64,000 nt of DNA from Nemertoderma westbladi (GCA_032718475.1 JAUCBJ010007275.1:35666-99665), one strand, 5' to 3'. Shown: positions 36,949 to 51,467, counted from the stretch's first letter. Notes: a model not told the origin generated them from the letters alone. Made by a program: numbers and translations.

Positions 36949-39900
36949 ATGGCTGACACAAAGCAAACACTGTCAGATAGTCTCTTAGAAAGAACAGTCT
37001 GTGACTCAGATAGGAGTATAGAAAATCTGAGACCGAAGTCCAAGTCCCCTCTTACTGTAAGAAAGGTCATCCCTACAGTAGTAGTATCAGACCCTAGGTT
37101 AGTAAAGCACCATAGGTCTATTATAGGCACTAGGGCTCAGGTCAAGCGGGACCAAGAGGCAGCTGTTAAACAGCAGCAGCACCGGAACCGAGAACTTATT
37201 TCTCAACGGCCCGATAACTCTAGCAGTTCAGACACTGTAGAGTTGACACCCAAAATCGGAGCAAGGATGGCAGAAGCGGTTTATCCAGATCCACTTCTAA
37301 TACTTCCTGGAGCTGTACTCACTAGAGTATTGATTGCGGTGGAAGAACATCAAATTGATTGGGCGAGAAGTAAGCGATCGACCGAGGACAGTTATGCGGG
37401 ATACACGATGGAGGAATTAAGGTCTATTGTCGAGACGCAATGGAACTTCCCGGACCCGGACTCCCGTTTAACTTATCGGAAGTTGCTTGGGAGGACTAAT
37501 ACAGGATGGGAGTAGTAAGGGACACTCGAGATCCAGCTGTGTGGAAGAGGTCGGCAGCAGGATATGTCCAGGGATTCTTCGGCTCTTTGGAGCGGTTAGA
37601 GGAACACCTGTTTCAACAACGTCAAGGACCTCAAGAGCAGGGAGAGCTGCTTTATCAAGTGCGAGAACGAATTTTACGGATCAGACTAATTCTTTCAGCC
37701 TTTGAGGAAGCCTCGAAGAGAAGCCAAGACACGTCGTTGCAAGTTGCCGTAAAAATTTGGTTCCAACGGGCGAGTCTTAAAGTCCAAGGAACGACACAAT
37801 GGAAAATTCAGCTAACTGAGCGCGCGACCCACGGAGAATCAACAGACACTACCTTTTCTCAAGTGGAAGGCGAAACTACATCCGAAAAACCTCAGAAGAA
37901 GGATGCTATTGACATCTATCTGTCGGACTATCAACGATTCATAGGTGACAAAGAGCTAAGGAGAAGGCTAGCTGGACTTCACCCTAATAGTGAGGGGGCC
38001 AAATTTGTGTTGGACTCGTTAGATGCCGAAATATTAGCCGCTGAGCAGGCTAAATTTGATAAAAGCATCCTCATCGCTATGGAACAGGAAGAACAACTAA
38101 AGAAAAAACAGATAGAAGACAGAAAGGCAGTGGCAGTGGCAGAAGCTGAAAGAAAAGCGGCAGCGGCAGCAGCAGAAGCTGAAAGAAAAGCGGCAGCGGC
38201 AGCGGCAGAAGCTGAAAGAAAAGCGGCAGCGGCAGCGGCAGAAGTTGAAAGAAAGGCGGCAGAAGCTGAAAGAAAAGCGGCAGAGGCAGTGGTAGAAGCA
38301 GAATGGAGGGCATCTGAAGAGACAGCCCAACTAGAGTTGGAAAATCTTCAAGTGAAGCAAGATTACTTAAACAAACAGAGAACAGCTACTCAGATGCAGC
38401 TGCTAAGTCGATCTACTCCCAAGAGACAGGGATTTACATCCTCTGATGAAGGTGATACAACAGATCCTGAAGGTAGAGGAAATAAATCTCGTTCCAGCGG
38501 ACGTAGAAGGGCGTTGCACCGGCAGAAATTGCCTAATTTGCCTCCAGCTGTGAGAAGGCAACTAGCTAGTGTAGATTTAAGTAATCCTGCGCCTACAGAC
38601 CAAATTATTAGGGTAGAAAGACTCCCTACTATAGTAGATGAGCCTGAAATAATTAGGCCTGTTCTCGAAGCCACTCCCTCTGTGATAGAGACCCCTGTAC
38701 TTCCAGAACCTAACTCTAAATTCCCTTTGCACAGTACTAAACTACCTTTGCCCAGTAGAACAGCCCCTGAATCAATCAACGCCAAGCAAGACATCAACGA
38801 TTTGTCGCCCGTCGTCCCTCGTCTACCCGCTACTATGTTGGCGGCTCCCGCTTCGGCGGTAGAGTGGGTGGATGGGGGACGGCGGGGGACGGATCTCCTG
38901 CTCGGGCAGCTGGAGGAACATCGTATACGTTCCTCCCAACAGGTCCGAGAATTGGAAGGGACTGTTTAGCAGTTAAAGGGAACAGTAAGAGAGAGTAGGT
39001 TAGAATTGCAAGAAGTGCAGCAGAGTATCGCATTAGAACGCGATAAATTAGTAAATATACAAAGGGGTATACCACCACCTGTAACAATGTGTCAACCTAT
39101 TAGGTCTGAAGTATTTCATGCGCAAGGTGTGGAGCCTACATGCATCTATACTGCTAGTGAAGTAGAAACTCCTATAGTAGCCCCTATTAAGGGTAATTAT
39201 AAACCTGTTGATAATGATATTCCATACAGACCTGATCATAATCCGAGAAATTTATATACCGATAACTCGATATTAAATAATACAATGGCCCAAGAAAGTT
39301 TTACGCGTCAAATGGCTAGAACCGAAGCCCGTCAAGCGGTAAAGGTGGGAGAGATCGTCAAGTTCAATGGAGATGAGATGAAATGGTTACCTTTTAATGA
39401 GTATTATAAAGATAACATACAGAACTCTGTACTATCTTACGGAGAGAAACTTAGATTCCTCATCAAGTGCTTGGAAGGACCTCCCAAGTTAATGGCGTTA
39501 AAGTTTATTGGACATCCAGATGGATTAAGACAAGTTTGGCATACACTAAACATCAGGTATGGTAATAGGACTAACATAGCTAGGTATTTGTATGCGAAAT
39601 TAGTAGCGCCCCGAAAGTTCCTTAGCAGCGGGATTATAGAGTTTTCCGATGAGATTCAGGAGATCTGTAGACAACTAGATTGGTTAGGTAAGTCTCATGA
39701 ATATCAGAGTTCCATGGTTATTGGAGCCGTAGCCTCTACTTTGCCAAAGGGTGGAGTAGGTACTCGTTGGGACAAAAGAGTTCTCTATATGATGGACCAG
39801 CAACAAAGAGACCCTACCATGGCTGATCTCATGTCATTCTTAAATGGAGAGGTAAGATTACAGCTCCTAAAGCAGTCCCGAGAGAAGATACCGGAAAATG

Positions 39901-42900
39901 AGGTGAGTGAAAAACCTGTTTCTAGGAGAAAGGTAACACCAGTGTGTTATACAGACGACGGCGAAAGCCAGACCTCCCACGAGGAGAACAGCGGGAAAGA
40001 CACCGAAAGATCTTATTATGTCAACAAAACACGTAAAGACGTAAGTAAATCTAAGTCTCGAACCAGTGACAGGAGAGAACAGGTAACAACAACTCCTCCC
40101 ATGTCTCCTAAGAGAATTCATGGAAGAAAGCCCGAGGAAAGAACAAGTGTGCACAACACAACCCAGGTTAAAGTAAGTAACATCAAACCCAAATGTGCAT
40201 TGTGCGACGGGCCCCATTGTTTGAGTGGATGTGATGAATTCTTGAAGAAATCCCTAAAGGATAGACATGATGTCATGTGGGATAAGCGGTTGTGTTATAA
40301 TTGTCTCAGGCAAGGACACCAACGGCGGACCTGTTACTCAGACACGAAGTGCATTAAGTGCGGCGCGAAACATCATATCTTGCTGCACACAGAATTTGAT
40401 AGAACCCGCACGAGTCAGGTAAGTGAGTCCGAACTACATGTCCAATTCAGTGATGTGAACGACACTGACCACAGCTCTGAGATGGAAAGATTCTACACGG
40501 ACGAATTCTCCGACGAAAACGAATCCTGTTATATGATAAACGCCGCAGTGTATCGAGCGCTTACGTATGAGACTGAAACCGATAATGAAGCGCAACTGAC
40601 TATTCTGGACCGACAACCATCTTGGAAAGCGCCAACTTCCAACGTCGGAATCCGGGAATTCCCAGTGGTGCAGCTGAGAGTCCACAGGCTAAGTAAGAGT
40701 CTTATAGTAAACGCCCTCCTTGACTCCGGCAGCACAGGTACATTCATCGACAAAGAACTAGCCGAAGACATCTTTGCTGGACAACCCAAGTTCCGAACTA
40801 AGTTGAACCTTTCAGGAATTATGCAGGTTTGGAAATCTACAGTAGCTACAGATTACTATGTAGGCGCATTGTCCACTCCCCAGGACGAACTAGGAGAACA
40901 TAGCATAAGGTCAGTAAAAATGGTGGCGATAAAGAACTTTGCTACCAGCCAAGTGGAACCTTACAACTGGGACGAAGATCATTTTACCCAGCAGGCATGA
41001 TATCCCTAGATTCAACACCGACTACCCAGGGGTACAGATATTGATCGGCCAAAATGCGCACGAGGCGCTAGAGACATTAGAAAAACGGCCTGCTCGACCG
41101 CAACCATTACAAACGTACGCGGGAAGAACGAGAGTAGGTTGGTACTTCACTGGACCTTCCCGTAGAACACTGATGGAAGGACTCCCTCAAGAAAGAATAC
41201 ATCAGGTGAGTGAATGGGAAGAAGAAATCAGTGAGGGAGAAACCACAACTGAGGGAACACCATACTCCTCAGATAATGACGATATTAACCAATTATTCGA
41301 CGAGGAAAATACAATCGACCTCCTCACCGAAAATGAAACTTGGCGAAACCAAGTAAACCTGTGCCATCTCATCAATTATGGCGGACAATTCAACTACAAC
41401 GACGAATTAAACGAAGTGATAGATCACTACAACAATAAGATTCGCGATGAACACGCCGTACGATTCTTTACTCAAGAAGCAGTAGAGCCTAATTCCTACG
41501 ACAAGGCCCTGTCCGTCGAGGAAGAGAGAGCCAAGCAGATTCAGGAAACGACTACCCATTTTTATAAAGATCAAGGTCGCTATGAGATTGGTCTTCCGTT
41601 CCGACGGCGAGAACCCAACTTTATAAATAACCGACCCTTAGCGGAGAAGAGAATCGCGCAACTACATCGGCGTCTTATGGCCAATGTCTCAGCCAGGGAA
41701 ATGTATAAGACCCAGCTGAAGAAATTTATCGATAAGGGATACGCGGAGCGAGTACTGGAAGAAACACCCATCACAGAGAGAACGTATTATCTAACACATC
41801 ATTACGTTCCCAAACCCGGTAAACCCAACGAAGTCCGGGTAGTGTTCGACGGCACCGCCCTTTACATGGGCCAATCCCTGAACTCCGAATTGTAGCCTGG
41901 ACCCAACTTACTGCAATCCTTGTTGGGAATACTATTAAGATTACGGCAATATTCTCTCGCTTTCGCTTCGGATATAGAAGGCATGTTCTTACAAGTCAAG
42001 GCGCTGGATAGGGATCGAGACAGCCTACAATTTCTGTGGTGACCTGAAGGAGACCTCAACCAAAAACCGGTGGAGTACTGGATGACCATCCAGGCTTTCG
42101 GGATCATCTCGAGCCCCTCGAACGGTTGTTCAGTAGTGCGCACCACTGCTGATGACAACCGAGACGCCTCCTCTAAAGCGGTTATCGACAACATCAAACG
42201 GGATATATACATGGACGACAATTTAAAGTCCCTCCCATCGGCGGAAGAAGCCATTGATGTTGCCAAGGGAATGGTAGAGTGTTTGCGACGCGGTGGATTT
42301 CGACTAACCAAATTCACTAGTAACTCCCGTGAGTTTCTGGAATCAATCCTGGTAGAAGACCGAGGTGTTAAAGATCTGGACCTCATCAAGGACGATCTTC
42401 CGGAAACCAAGACGCTTGGTTTGAAATGGGACACGGAGAGAGATATCTTGTTTTTCCAGTTAAAACAGCGAGATAATCCAGTTAGAACTAAACGGATTTG
42501 TCTAAGTATCCTGAGCACTTATTTCGATCCATTGGGATTTATTAGCCCAGTTATATTGGTTGCTCGGAGCTTAGTGCAACAAATGTGGCGTGAAAACCAC
42601 TCGTGGGACGATCCACTTAAGGGAGAACTACTAAAGAAGTGGATGAAATTGGAAGATTCTCTACCTTCCATCGAGAACTTTATGATTTCCCATTCATATT
42701 TTGGTCACGTTCTCCCCACGTATTCCTATCAACTCCATGTGTTTGGAGACGCCAGCGATATGGGAATAGGTATAGTAGCCTACCTGAGGGTTGAAACTCT
42801 GGATGGAATTAAAGTTGCCTTGGTCACCTCTAAGGCCTTGATAAACAACAAACTACGAGTTCCTCGAGCGGAGTTAAAGGCGGCTCTATACGCTACAGCC

Positions 42901-45095
42901 ATCGGCCGGAATGTAACAGAACAGATCGACTATCCACTGGAGAAAACTGTCTATTGGACTGATGCTTTACTCGTTTTGGAGTATATAACCAATGAAGTCT
43001 GTCAGTTCAGTGCCTTCGTTACCAACAGAGTAGCCATTATACTTAGTCGCTCTAATGTAGATCAATGGAGACATTACCCTGGGACGATTAATCCAGCCGA
43101 CATCGCCTCCAGAGGAGCAACTCCTCAAGAACTGATAGATACTCCAGACTGGGTAGGTGGACCCGACTTCCTAAGTAAAGAAGAGGATGAATGGCCTCCT
43201 CATCTCACCACGGCTGAGATTAGACAAGCCAAGGGAGCGGAGAAAGTCAAACCTAAAACCCAGACGAGTAAATCAAAGTTATTTAAACCCGTGATAGATC
43301 TGTCTGTACTACACATCTCCAAGGACGACGCTGTGGATCTAAACTCCCCCGCCACAAATAAATCTGTTATAGACATCAGAGAAAGAGACTGGAAATCTGG
43401 AACACCAGACGTCTCGCAGGGACTCTCACATCTCCTGCAGAGAGCGATAAATCACTATAGCTCTTGGAATTGGCTTTGTAAGGCCGTCGTGTATTTGAAG
43501 CGATGCTTCCATCATCACTATTCCAGGACGAAGATCGCTAGTGATACCGCTCCACTGACATCCAAGCAGGTCCATGCTATAAAAAAACCTTCCCACATAC
43601 AAAGTGTCGGATAGGTTTCTGACGGAGAAGATCAGTTAACAGGAGCATGAAGAAACCAATAAGCAGATACTGAGACTCCTGCAATGCTATGAAGATTCCG
43701 ATAAGTATTTCCTGTTGTTGAGAAATCCACAGATGCGCTTAAGGGATCGTTTCTCTAGCACAATGATAGTTGGGTTAATACGTGTTGGAGGGAGACTAAC
43801 TAATGCTCCATTGTCCTTTGACACTAAATTTCCCATACTCATTAGAAATCTTGAAATACAAATCAAGATGATTGTAGATGTTCACAGTAGGCTTTACCAT
43901 GCTGGTAGAGAACAAGTTCTTAGCGAAATTCGAACTCGCTATTATTTCCATAAACCCCGTAGAGCTCTGAACCAAGTTCTTAGGAACTGTATAACCTGTA
44001 GGAAAGCATTCAGTAGGCCTTTAACACAGCGAGAGGCAGAATTACCTAGGGAACAAGTAAGCTTCTATGAACCACCCTTTACTAATACCGGTGTGGATTT
44101 ATTTGGCCCTATTGAAGTATATCGTGCTAGGACTATAGTCAAGTGATGGTGTGTCATCTTTGTCTGTATGACTTGTAGAGCGATCCATCTAGATATGGTG
44201 AACGATCTATCTACCAACAGCTTCATACTGAGTTTACGCCGACAGATCGCTCGTTTTGGAACTAGCAACACCATGAGATCAGACAAAGGAACGAACTTCA
44301 TTGGCGCCAATAATGAGATCAAAGCTTATGTTAAAGATTGGAACCAAAGACAGGTGGACGATCAGCTAAGGGTAACAGCATCTAGCTGGACCTTCAACGC
44401 CGCCAATGCCCCTTGGTGGGGAGGAAGTTGGGAGAGGTTAATAAGGAGCATGAAGACTGCATTTCACTTTATAGTGCCTTGCCGCGCGCGCGTATCTCAC
44501 CGATGAACTTTTGCGGACATTAATGGAAGAAATCGCCGCATATCTTAACGAGAGACCGCTTATGCCAGTCTCATCGAGTCCCGACTCCCTAGAAGCGCTA
44601 ACACCCACGCATTTCCTACTGAAGAAACCTGTAGCCATGCTCCCACAATCGGAAATCACGGACGGAGACGAATACTGCCGACAAACTTGGCAACTCATGC
44701 AGTTATTATCCCGTCGTTTCGACCATTTCGAAAAACTTTATCTGCCTACGCTACAACTTCGAACCAAGTGGTTTGTGCAGCAAGAAAACGTCAGCGCTGG
44801 AGACATGGTCCTTATTGTGGAATCAGATCTTCCACGTAAACGGTGGCAGACAGGTCGTATCATCGAGACTCATATATCCGATGATGGTTTAGTGCGATCG
44901 GTAGAACTCGTCATCATGCGATGTAACTTTAAGAAACCTGGAATTGTATTCGAAACACAGCAGCTCAATCGCCCAATTGGTCGTTTATGTTTACTGGAAA
45001 GAGACAGAGAGCTATCCGGAAACTATGGAAGGCAATATACTCTTCCCACGACCACTTCCCTAATCCAACAAACATCTAGGGACTCCCCAATGTAA
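36949..45095 (+). pseudogene. Element B gag-pol with multiple stops and frameshifts
   Basis: Collinear with A. Lesions near 37450, 38967, 40990, 41893, 42040, 43585, 43637, 44144 and 44485. Gag runs directly into protease in one frame (ORF 39006-41000). Confidence 0.95.
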
Positions 45096-47802
45096 CAGCG
45101 TACGGAGTGGGTGTGTGACTACATTATTGTATATTTGTTTTTATTATTTTTATATTTATGTATGTATTATTATGTAATTTTATTATAATCGTTTTCTTTA
45201 ATTTTATTTAGTAGAATGTTATTTTAGCGATTATTTAGTAGATTAGTGCAATATATATATTCGTGTTTATTACTTAATTACTTAACATTATATATTTAGT
45301 GCAATGGCGAGAAATAATTCTTTTTCTCTTTCCTTACTGTCCGTACCATATTATAAATACATGACTACAGTAAGATAAAATGCCAGTACTTATTAAAGTA
45401 CAATAAAGCTCCTACTATACTCAAGTATTATTGGAAAGTAGAGTATTAGGAATGCAAAGTTCAGATCCTCGTGTCTCGGCTAAACCAAGCTCTGGGTAGA
45501 CCTTGGAAACGACTTGCCTCTTCTCGCTGACATTGCTTCTTGTAATATTGCTCTCATACCGTATATTAAATAATACATATAGTAGAGTGATGTCCCTTTA
45601 ACAGTAGCGTAGAACGCAAAATAAATCTGTTAAACCCTTTGACCATCTGTAATTCTAGTCGATTAAGATATCGCGGCACCCACCGATATACTTGAAAGAC
45701 AAATTTCTAGAACCAGTGGTTAACATCCCCAGACAAGTTCTGGAATAAATCGGTGCCCATCTTAAATATTAAATATTTAATATTTATAAAAATCTATTAA
45801 ACAAATGTTATAATAGAGTAAATGCAGACAAATAAACTCTTAAGGAGTTTGTAAACCAAGAAAATCTATAAATCAAAATCTGTTAAAATTCAGATCCTTT
45901 AAAATTTTAGTCGATTAAGATATCGTAGCACTTACCGATACTCTTTAAAGACAAATTTCGTAGAATTAAGGATCCTAGTCCCCAGACATGTTCTGGAATA
46001 AAATTGTGTCTATTTTAATATTAAATAATAAAATTTACGGGAATAAATTTAAATTCATATCCTCTCATGAATTTGATAAATTGTCATTTTATACAATTTA
46101 TAACATTCCCAAAATTCCATTAATTAATAGATCATGGGAGTGGAGATTCACCCTATTAATTATATTAGTGTGCGAGAATCTCCAATATATAGTCAATAGC
46201 CGATAAAATTCATAAAATCATGTATAAAGGGGAATATTGACAATTAAAGAATTACTATTAAATAGCATCCCAGATCTGTATGCATGAGAATTGCCCTAAT
46301 TCTACTGCTAGCTTTCCATAATGTCACCATAGCAACAACCACGCTAGAATTAGAAGCAAGTTAAAGAACAATAGAAAGCTTGCCCCATTGAATAGCATAC
46401 GGAATAAATAGCACACTGCTAGTATCCAGGGATACATAATAATAACGTGGCATTCTGGAAGGCACTTGACTAATGGACAAATGGCCTGAATGTGTACAAT
46501 TTGTGACAGTTGTGTGGAATTTGTGCGTTTATAGGTGAATGTTACTTACTACTAAAGTGTGTTTACAGTAGCGTGTCGCAGTTGTGAAAGTTGCCCTACC
46601 TCTGTAGCAAGAACCTGAAGTAATTCTAAGACCTTGGGACGGACAGTGGAGGGACTCGCGCTGGTTATTGTTGTCGTTGTGTAGCTACTACATTGGCGAG
46701 AGGCACAGCGACGACAGTACATCAGCGCTGGGGATCTTGCGCTGTCCAGGGGCAGTGAGGGGGAGGCAGCGACGACCGCTAGTTATAATTAATTATAATA
46801 TTGATAAACTCATATAGCAGCTATGACTGAGTTGATAGAAGATGATCTTGGTATCAGGGAGCGATATACCCTACCATTGCAAGCGTTTGTTGATAGTTTA
46901 ATACGCGGCGACGCTAGTCAACCCACTACGGAGGACGATGGCCGTTATATCGAACCGCCAATGTCAAAGGAACAACTCACGCGTGAATTGGACTATAGAA
47001 AATTCACCGCTCGCTATACGCATCGTAATGGTACATAAATGGACTTCTTAACTACTGGCCATCCTATCGATTTACACGATACGGACGATGTAGACACCGA
47101 AAGGGAAATGATCCTATTTAAATATCATACCCAGCGGAGTCGGAACGATAAACTGAGAAACGAACACGAAAATTATATTCGAAACCAACTTGAAAGAGAA
47201 GACGTTGAAGAGCCGGATAAACGTAGTGACTTCAACGACTATTTGGAATTCTTGAGAGAAACATATCTCAATGTAGCCAGTCAACAAAACCTAGAAACTC
47301 GATATCCTCAAGGTATATACATCCTGACCCTATGATGGAACTCAAACGACTCTATTTCACTATGATGTATCTTACCGCCGATCGACCTCTACCTGTTGTA
47401 CCGGATAGCTTCGAACAGATGGAGGAATATTGTAAAACTGGAGAAAGATCACCCGCGTTTCCCCTACAAGACGTGCGTCTTTGGTATTATTGCGATGAAT
47501 GCCCTAGACCCAACCAACAAACGGAAAGACATAAACATCCGCGGAGACGTTGCGCTAAACACAGTTTTACTCGCTATACTTACGGGAGTTTCGAGCGAAA
47601 CTTGTTCGATGTATCACCTACGCTCGCTCGACTCAAACGATCCTTAAATAAACCTATGATCCGAGTTCCAGAATACTCGGTGAGGCCTCCTCACTCCCTG
47701 GTGAGACCTCAGACTCTTTATCCTAATAGTATCATGGATCCTCCCGAACTGTACTCACTGTTCAAAGATCTAGTGTTACCCGAACAACTAATCAGTGGCA
47801 CT

Positions 47803-48368
47803 TTTTCTAACAGTGAACTATAATTTTGTTAACCAAAATAACAAAAAAAAAATACCGGTATACTCTAGCCTATACTATACTATATTATAATCATAACCAA
47901 CCTGTAACAGTAAAATGACAGCAAGTGTGACAAGTTGTTCTATGAAATTCGATCTTGAAGCTGGTGATGTATACCTTCAAGCGGCAAATATAGTCGATAT
48001 TAGTAGGTCAGTCAGTCAGTTAGTCAGTATCGATAAATCTCTCTCATTACCGGTACCATTTATAAATTGGTTGCTGTTGCGGTTCCGGTTGCTGTTGTGG
48101 TTGTGAATGTGTCACAACAACATCATTATCATCATCTTCCCATGGGTTGTTTGCGGGTAACATTGGATTTGTTATACCATCCTCCCAATTTTCTTGAGAA
48201 ATTATACCGGTATCGCATGTATGAATTTCGCTATCGCCGCCCCGGGTTGAATTCTCACATTTAATGTGAAATTTTTCATTGTTTTAAAATCCGTTATTTC
48301 GTTTCCTCTTTTATTTTTAATTGCCATATGGAAATTTTATATGGAATTTGCCATCTTCAAGTTTCATA
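47803..48368. other. Foreign ~566-bp insert in element B ORF3, flanked by a diverged ~150-bp duplication
   Basis: The KPMIRVPEY...DLVLP coding block occurs at 47650-47802 and again at 48369-48522, around unrelated AT-rich DNA. Confidence 0.75.
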
Positions 48369-50121
48369 CAAACCTATGATCAGAGTTCCGGAATACACGG
48401 TCAGACCTCCTCATTCCCTGGTGAGACCTCAGACTCTTGATCTTAATAGTATGACAGATCCTCCTGAACTGTACTCATTGTTCAAAGATCTAGTGTTACC
48501 CAAACTATTAGTCGGTGGCACTCCGGTTGTGGGCTCTCTAGATATTTGCCCATCCTACCTAGCCGGATTGGGACGCGGACATCTAATATCGCCGTTCAAC
48601 CAGTATAATCATCCCAGTTTAACCCCGATACAACCTGTCACCGAGGTGGAGGAGAGCGTTGTACGAAACGCGTTAGACGCTATTCGGCAAAAGATCGGAA
48701 AAGGAACCTACGATTGTTTAGACAAACGTAAATTGCAACAACAAGTCCAAGCGGTAAAAGAATTAGCTTTACCTCAGTTCGATCGGGAAATCCAGAATCT
48801 CGAAGAAGATATCGAACTTGGACGAACCTACTCTCTGCAAGAGTTTTTGGACGAGTGCTTCCAACGACAAGTGGAGGAAAATCAGCTCGAGGAGAAGCAC
48901 ATCAAAATGGACGAGAGAGAAGAAGCAGCTTTAGCCCAGCCAGAAGCTCAAATCCTTATGACTGATCTCTATTCCAAAACCATTATTCATCCTTCGATGG
49001 TTCCCCATTTTGGAGACAAACTCTTCGCCACGGTACAACCCCAACCGGTTGATATCAATTTAAGATCTAGAGATCTTATCACTGATGCTCCTATGTTACA
49101 ACGTCCGCCAATCGAGGCCGCTCGTGTCGATGGTATACTCGTTGAACCTCCGGACAATCGAGCGGATCTTGTCCGTCGTATGGTACACGAGGTCAACCTA
49201 CGCGCTAGACCTTTACCGAACTCATTTTATGGAATCAAAGATCACCCCTATTATGTCAATTTAACTCAATATTATATGGTGAAACCGGAAGATCCTACAC
49301 ACAGTTTAAGGTTTCTACCACTGATAAACCCCCTAGATCTTGTTGAACTCGAACAACTACAGAAACATCTAGATCAATTGGTCAAAGTAAACTCATTCAG
49401 AAAACCTTATAATGTTTCAAGAATAGAAAAGGACATAATGCCTCCGTATAATCTCGATGGATTTATTAAAACTCGATTAGTCCATTGGAATCTCGACGTA
49501 TTATTCGAGGAAGAGCGAATACAGCAATATGGAGATGCAGAGACTTATACTACACATTATCTGAAGTATAGCGATCTACCTAACGCAAGCAAACGCGCCA
49601 CCTTATGGCATCCGGTGGGTATGACCATAAAAAACGCCACCAAAGAGTGGAACGAAACTCTTAACGTTATCGAAATGTATGGAGTTGTCACTTATGATAA
49701 CGAAGGTAGCGTTCCGATTAGAGAACTGGGAACTACGCGGATGATACACATACATGGATTAGCTGGTTCTACCCATGTGTTTACCCGAGCGTGTTCCGAC
49801 GTCATCGATTATTCTTTTGAGACTCTCACCGAGATCCAAAAGAAACTCCGACATGGACAATTCGAACTCGCGCAGCGCTACGTCACTGATACCGAGCGCA
49901 AACCGGCCATGGGTATAGATGGATCGATGTTACCCCAGCCAGTGCTCGAGATGTTGTTTAACGAAAGAATCCTTAAAATCGGCTCAGCTGTTTATGGAGA
50001 TCTCCAGAATGACTTCAGGAACATGGAGAATATCCCCTATCATTTCGTAGACACCCAGCTGATTGCTCCCTGGGCAGAAGGCCGAGATTTCTTCCGCACT
50101 ATGTATGCCAATACATCCAGA

Positions 50122-50270
50122 CTATATGGGCCAATCCCTTAATTCCGAATTGTTACCCGGACCCAACTTACTCCAATCCTTGTTGGGAATACTCTTAAGA
50201 TTAAGACAATATTCAATTGCTTTCGCCTCAGATATAGAAGGCATGTTCTTACAAGTCAAGGCGCTGGATA
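50122..50270 (+). other. 149-bp piece of the family's own RT gene inserted into ORF3
   Basis: YMGQSLNSELLPGPNLLQSLLGILLRLRQYSIAFASDIEGMFLQVKALD matches pol (~21970-22118; 41862-42010). Removing it restores the ORF3 frame (ANTSR|SAYINKV). Confidence 0.9.
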
Positions 50271-51467
50271 AGCGCATACATCAATAAAGTCCAACGAACC
50301 TCCATCGGACATCTTGCCTTTCAAGAATACGAATGGAATTTCAAAGTCGGAAACCCTATCAACTATCAACAAGTATAAGAAGATCATTATTCTCGATTAT
50401 ACTTCGACGGACCATTGACTGCACCTGGCGTCGTTTATAGCTTCATGAGTGTTCCACTTCGTCCCTCATTAGCTATATACACTATCTTCGAGAACGCCGC
50501 ACTTGCCGGTTGGCTAGCCGATGTGTGCAGTACACCTACAATGGAGATCTATTGTGCGTATTGTAGACTCAATAACTTACACATCTTCGCAGTCTGCCCT
50601 CAATTTATGACTCAATGCCATCATTGCCAGTTTAAAGGACACGCAAGTTTTGATTGCCCTTTCAACCGAGATCTGGAAAGCGTAGATGAAATGGTTGCCC
50701 TGCACTACATTCGAACCTGGGAAGCTAACGCGGATCTCCATTGCGAGTCACGTCATCGATACTACCCTGGATGTGCCTATGAAGGAGTTTATGCGTTTCA
50801 CCCGTATCTCTTTGATTCCATTGAGCAAAAATCTCGCACACCGAGTTACGAACTAATGAAGCGTGTTGGCGAGAATATTTCAACCAAATTTGTTCGCAAG
50901 TATCTCAGGAACATTAATCCTAATGATCTTAATTCCTATAACTTGATCAACTTCATCCGCCAAGATCCGAAATATGGTGACTTGTTCATCAACTCGCATC
51001 CAGAACTAGAGGAAGTTCATAGACGACCCTATGAATATAGAGCCCGAGAAAGCGAGTTAGAAAGAACCATCAAACCGAGGAAATTTCTCACTACTCACGG
51101 TCCGCCTACCGCTCTCGTGCAGACGACTCGTCAGGGACCAGTAAGAGCTGCTGTCTTGAAACGCGCTCTGAAGGTTGTTCGACCTTGTTCCACTGAGGTT
51201 GATATCGATCAACCGGGTACCTCGACCGGCGGATACACCGACCGTAACCCTAAACCTTCCGATGCAATTGTATTGCACCCCTCACCCAGGAGTTATAGCC
51301 CTCCTAGTAAAGTGGCTCGCCCCAAAGAGAAAAGGACTCTTGCTAGCCTCAAAAAACTTCATAAACGCCATTCACGTAAGAAGGACTAACTGTTTAGAGT
51401 ATTTTTATATTTTAGAAACTGTGATTTTTTATATTTTATAGAATTAAATCCCATTTTCTGGGAGCGG

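Larger units (their letters stand above)
46823..51389 (+). pseudogene. Element B ORF3: Zn motif + DEDDy-type 3'-5' exonuclease-like domain + 2 CCHC knuckles + basic tail (~1200 aa reconstructed)
   Basis: Pieces 46823-47038, 47039-47335, 47332-47802, 48369-50121 and 50271-51389. ExoI VVTYDNEG (D 49696, E 49702). ExoII region LPQPVLEMLFNERILKIGSAVYGD (D 49999), then FVDTQ and SIGHLA. ExoIII-like PLTAPGVVYSFM (Y 50436). Knuckles at 50553-50657. Confidence 0.75.
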
